Shown here one piece after another: positions 45,801 to 51,800 of a DNA stretch of 64,000 nucleotides. The number at the start of each line of letters is the position of its first letter. Position 1 is the first letter of the stretch. The position numbers and the translations under genes were made by a program. Origin of the DNA: Clostridia bacterium (GTDB lineage Bacteria > Bacillota > Clostridia > Christensenellales > DTU072); assembly GCA_024685275.1 (NCBI GenBank), contig JAIKVY010000246.1:10-64009 (forward strand), given 5' to 3'. The notes below the pieces were generated by a model. It searched no databases and was not told where the DNA came from. It saw nothing but the letters and a program-made list of their open reading frames with translations.

Positions 45801-48800
45801 TCAAATGAATAAAGCTGTTACAGATATTTTAGTAAGCTATATTCCATTGACAGTAACAAAAACACAAATGGAAAGTGAAAGTTATGATTTATTATATGAA
45901 TCAACAACAAAATATAACATGTTATTCTTAAATAGCATTTATGAAGAAGTAAGCAAGAATCCATTAAATGCAACGACAACTGCTAAGAAAGCAGCTGCAT
46001 GGGAATATTATTACAACTTAGTATCTTCAAAATTAGATGAAAATAGCAATGTAAATCCATATTATGATGTTAAAGTAAAACAACAATTAGATAGCATTTA
46101 TTTAGGTGTACAAGTTAAACACTCTACATTAACATATAATGGAGCTAAAGCAAGATGGTACAACAATACAATTCAAGCAAATGCTGGAGTAATTTCAATT
46201 AATAAACTTGAAGAAGTATACAATACTATAAATAGAAATATTGCTAACGTTCAAAAGACTGTTACAGAAAAGAAAGCATTAGCATATGATGAATGGTACA
46301 ACAATTATACAAGAGGCGAAATCATATTCTACAGAAAAGTAGATGAAAAGATTTTAACAGGTGCTAATTCAATCGTTATTAACGTAGCTGATAAGATGTC
46401 AATAGATAGTAGTGATATTGGCAACAAACTTGAATTCTATTTCAATGGTTTAACAGATGAAAGACAAGCAATTGATGTAATTTGGTATGATAAGGATAAG
46501 ATTGTAGAAAATATTAATAAGAATATTGGATACAATGGATACTTAACATATGGTGATGTTGTAATATTTGATCCATTATTTGGTAACCAAACAAGAAAGA
46601 ATTTAATTATTCAATTAAGTTCAATCGAAATTGTTTCATTCGGTATATCAGCAGCCCTAATGTACAATGGTGACATTGAGAAATTCTTACCTGAATATAT
46701 TATTGAAACAAGCCCAGGCGTTTCATATAGTTATAAAGTTGAATTTAACCCATATGATGAAAGTAGCATTGCAAATCTTTTACAATACTATTTATATGAT
46801 ACAAATGTATCACATTATTACATAATAACATCCACATCTACAGGCGAAACAAAAATAATTAACCAAATAGAAGATGGTGTTAGAATGTTTAAGTTTGCTA
46901 CTGATTCTCAAGGTATGCCAATTTGGAAATATAAGAATGATACAAATGGCGATGGAGATTACACAAATGATGGTTTAAGCTATGATGGAAAGACATATAC
47001 TTCTATTTTAGTTTTAGTACAAAGTGCTAACTATGATGAAGAAAATCCAAGTACACCAAAATGGTCAGCTTGGGTAGAATATGACTTCAATCATGCTTAC
47101 TTTAATGATGCTTCACTTGCTCAAGACAACAGAGTTATAGATTCTACTATTACAAATATAACGAAATTCTACGTTGATGGTTTAAGCGTAGGAACTGATA
47201 TTAGTAAGAGTGGAGATAAATATTATATAACCATCGATCCATCTATTGTTGATTTGTCAAAAGGTTTAACATTTGATGTTGTGACAAAAGGATATAGATT
47301 TATTCCAAAATCAATGGCTGGTGGAGTAACTGAATTTACTAATAGCGACTTTACAAACGTAATGACATTAGCTGGTAGAATAGACCTTGATAATATTGAA
47401 AACTTCTACGAAAAGACATATATTGATACTCAAATTGTATTTGGTGACAAGGTTAACACAATACAAAGAATCAATATAAGATTAATAAATAGTGCTATTT
47501 CTACTATTAAAGAAGCAACAGAAATTATTTACTATGATAAAGATGATAATGTAATAGACTTTAATACTCATGCATATACAGCATTTGAAAATCTTTTAGA
47601 TAGTCTCCCAGTTAGAGCAGATGTAACTGGATTAGTAAATGGATTAAAGAAGACAATATCTATACCAGTTAAATGGGATTATATTGAAGAATATACTAAG
47701 ACAAAGGTAATTGACGATGTTACATATAGAGTAAATAGCCAAGAACAATATCCAAAAGCAAGAGCATATATTGGAAGCAAGACATTTGGATACATTGTAA
47801 GAGAAGTTGAATTAAAGATTAAACAAGAAACAATAACAAGTATTACTGGATTACCAGAAAGAAATACAATAAATGTTGATCCATACAGTAATACTAAGAA
47901 GATGGATGATTTTGCAAGTATTTATACTCAAGCAAGAATTACTACAAGCTTAGGAAATGAGTATGATGTAAGCATTGTTATAGATTCATCTAATATTGAT
48001 TACATGTTATATAAAGAAAACGACTTTGAATCTCAACAATTTACAATCTACTTTAATGTTGGTAATACAGTTAAAACAGAACATTCTAACTTCGATATTA
48101 GACAAGGTTATCCAATTACAGCGATATTAGAGTCTAGAAAAGTAGAATCAATTAAGATATTTGATGAATCAGGTGAAGAAGTATTAGATCCTGTAGGAAA
48201 TATGTATAATCAAATAGACTTTAGTAAATATCATTATGCGGTTATTTACGGCAGCGGAGCAGATGCTGTTAGAGTTGATGATAGTGATGTAACGATTTTA
48301 GGAACTGAAGATATCGAATATAAACCAGCTGGTGGTAGATTCACCATTAAGGCTACAGTAGGTCAAGGAGATTTATTACAAGAATCTCAAATTGAAGTTG
48401 TTATTACAAAAGCTGAATTAATTACTATCGTATATGATGGAGAAGAAAGTGAATTATCTAATACTGGATTTGGTTTAGGAGACGATAATAAGAGCGATTC
48501 TAATAAGATGCTTTCATATAAACATACAACTCTAACTGCTGGTCAAGAATATTATGAATTAGAAAGAATTGTAATTGAACCATTTATTGGATTTGTAGAA
48601 TATGGAAAATATGTTGAAAGCGATTCAATAAAATATGGAGCTGGAATAACGAACACGTCAAGTATTGATTATACTAAGTATGGTTTACCAAATACAATTA
48701 CAGCATGCATTAATATTGGAAACAATGAATATGAGACAATTGAGCTTAATGTTGCTTGGGATTACAAGACTGTATTAGATGATATGACATTAAATGGTGG

Positions 48801-51800
48801 ATTATACAATAAAGATGGTAACGTCAATGTTGTTACTGCAACTGTATATAAAGATGTTGATGAAAAAGGAAAGATTATTAATGGTCAATCATTGAATGTT
48901 TCTGTAAAAGTAATGGATAGAAGCATTAAATATTATGAAGTAAGTTATAAAGAAGATTTTAATAACGCCTTATTTATTGGCCTTGATGATATCGTTTATT
49001 CTGTAGAAAATGGCGGAGCAAGTAATACATATGAATTATTGATTGATCCATATTCATTACAAAACCCAATGTTAACAGAAGAATCAGATAAGGTATTTAA
49101 TACAGAAAGTAATGCGTATAGTGAAAACTTCAGTTTAGAAGATGGCAATATTAATCCTAACTTCGTTTACTTTAGATGGGTAAGAGCAGTATGCGAAGAT
49201 GGATATACTGTTTTATATAAACTAGGCTCAGACAACTATAAGATATTTGATACAGACACAGGCGTTGCTACTAAAGCTACAAATCTCTATACTGGTAGAA
49301 ATGTAACAATCGAATTAAAAGTTGGTGAATCAATAACAAATGGAATTGAAGAAAGTGATAGAGTATTTGCAAAAGAATCATTTACTTTATCAATTGCACC
49401 AAAGATTGGTGGAAAAGCAGCTGATGAAGGATTTAATGAAAAGATAAATGCAAGAATACTTGATATGACATATTCAAAAGGTAATGGATTACCTAAGGAT
49501 ATGTACTATATTGACGTATATGGAATTATAGATAAATTCTCTACAGAAGTAGAATATGAAGAAGTAGAAATAAATAAACCAATCATTGGTAACGATAGTG
49601 CAAATTATTTCTGGAGAGATTCAAGCAAAGCCGATTTAGTATCTCACGTATTTGAAGAAATCACATATGATGATACGGATATTAATACAAATAGATATGA
49701 TATTGTTTCAATGGAAACAGACCCATCTCTTGGCGAAATTCCAATTAGAATTACTACAGTTAGTGCATACGGCCCAACATCTGGAAAGACAATAGGATAT
49801 GGCGGTGGCGTAGGTAGATTAATCGCTAAATTTGGTAATTCAAAAGAAATAGGCCTTGGTGGTGAACAAACGTTCGATGTACAAATTGTATATGTAAATA
49901 GAACACTTTATGCTGGAGATTCAAAAGGCAAGGGATTAATATTTGAGTATGAAAGCTTAGATAAAGATGGTAATGTTGAAATAAGAAAATCTGCTCCATT
50001 CTTTAATGAAGAAGATGGTGCATTCTACTTTGACCCATATGTTGATTTCAATAGAGAAAATAACGGATTTGAATTAGGAGAAGTAGATGGGCTTGGAAAT
50101 ATAACAAAGAATGGTTCACAAGGATTCTTGTTATATGGTAAATATGGATTATCTGTAAGATTTGTAACAACTAAGTTTGATGAATTATTAAATAATAAAT
50201 TAAATACAACATCATTTGTACACAATTTAAGTAAACAAACAACAATTAATGTTTCATTCATTTCAGCAATTGCTGGTATTAAGTATTCAGGTGGTGTATA
50301 TGATGCAACTGCTGTCTTAGAAAGAACATATTCAACAACGTCACAAAAAGAAGTTGCAGAAAGAAGTGCTCAAAGAATTGGATTTACAGTAATATTCAAG
50401 TCAAGACAAGCAGGTTCTGATAGCGTAAGTAATTCAGTTGTAGTAGGCAATCCATCAGATGGGTATAAGACATATAAATATGCTACTATCGCTGGAACAA
50501 ATTACGAAGTTAATGAAGGTTTGAGCGTAAATATTTACAATGATGAATTCTTAGATACAAAAGTTGGAAAAGATACTAGAACAGGAGAAGATATAACTGT
50601 TAAGATATTAAATAAAGATAAACTAATTTTAGGATTAAGAATATATGAATATATTGGACAAATTGGTATATCTACCCAAATATCTAATAAAGTATTTAGA
50701 AGTGGAAGCTATAACTTCTACTATTATGGTAAAGACTTTGCTCAACCAATTATTTATGAATATAACTCATATGCTAACGACTATACAGCCGAAGAAGTTA
50801 GAACAGGATATTATAATAACTTAATATTATCTACATCAGAATTTAGTGGAACAATTGGTTCAATTAAATACAATAATGGTATATTAATGAAATTTGTAAT
50901 GGATACAACGTTTGCTTTAACATATAAAGGAACAGATGTTTACTTCAATTTAACAATTCCAGGATATGCATTAGGTAAGAATGGCCAACAAAAGATAAAG
51001 ATAGTATTATCATCAACAGAAGAATATATTTATATGGCTTTACCATTAATGAAGTATGGATATACTAAGTCAATGAATGTTAATTCATATATTATTAACA
51101 CAGCAACATTTGCAGGCACTTATGATGGCCATAGCGTAGATATTAAAGGATGGGCTTATCTAACTTATTACGATAGCGTAATTAGAAGTATTGGTTCAGG
51201 AAGTGTTGTTTGCGAATATAGCGATGGAGTATTCTATTTGTATGATCCAGAATTTGGAAGCAATGCTGATAGCGGATATAGTAAACAATCAGCTATTTCA
51301 TATTCAACGCATACTGGTATGTTAAATGTTGATTCTCCATATTTCTTTATTAATAATGGTGGATTACCTTTACCAGATTATGTAAGGATTTACACAACGA
51401 GCAAAGCATTATTCAACCATTATAAAGAGGATATAGAAACATTACAATCAGGGTATTCATCTGCATTGAATACATTTATGGCCCAAAACACAACAGGAAA
51501 GGATTATTGTTCTAATAAAGCTGTAACAAAATATCTTTCAGCTTCTTGGACACATGCAAGAGCTAATTCATTAAAAGTTAATTATAAAGATACAAGCTTT
51601 GGTTCATCGTTCTGTATGAGTGTTGATGGACAAGTTGTTCAAACAACAATGACTTCAACGCCATGGTTAATTTCTAATACATCTGGAACAGTTCAAGGAT
51701 TCAATACAACAACTGCATATGGAGATGAGGATATTATTCCATTACCATCAACAACTGAAGTTTATAATTCAAATATTCATATAATTTATAAGAAAGACTA

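Noticed and set aside
16827-50261. About 25 minus-strand ORFs of 61-129 aa inside the 12,483-aa gene (e.g. 21885-22274, 39321-39704, 37761-38051).
   Set aside because: The reasoning is the same. They are antisense to the selected frame, with no start context and no recognisable motifs.
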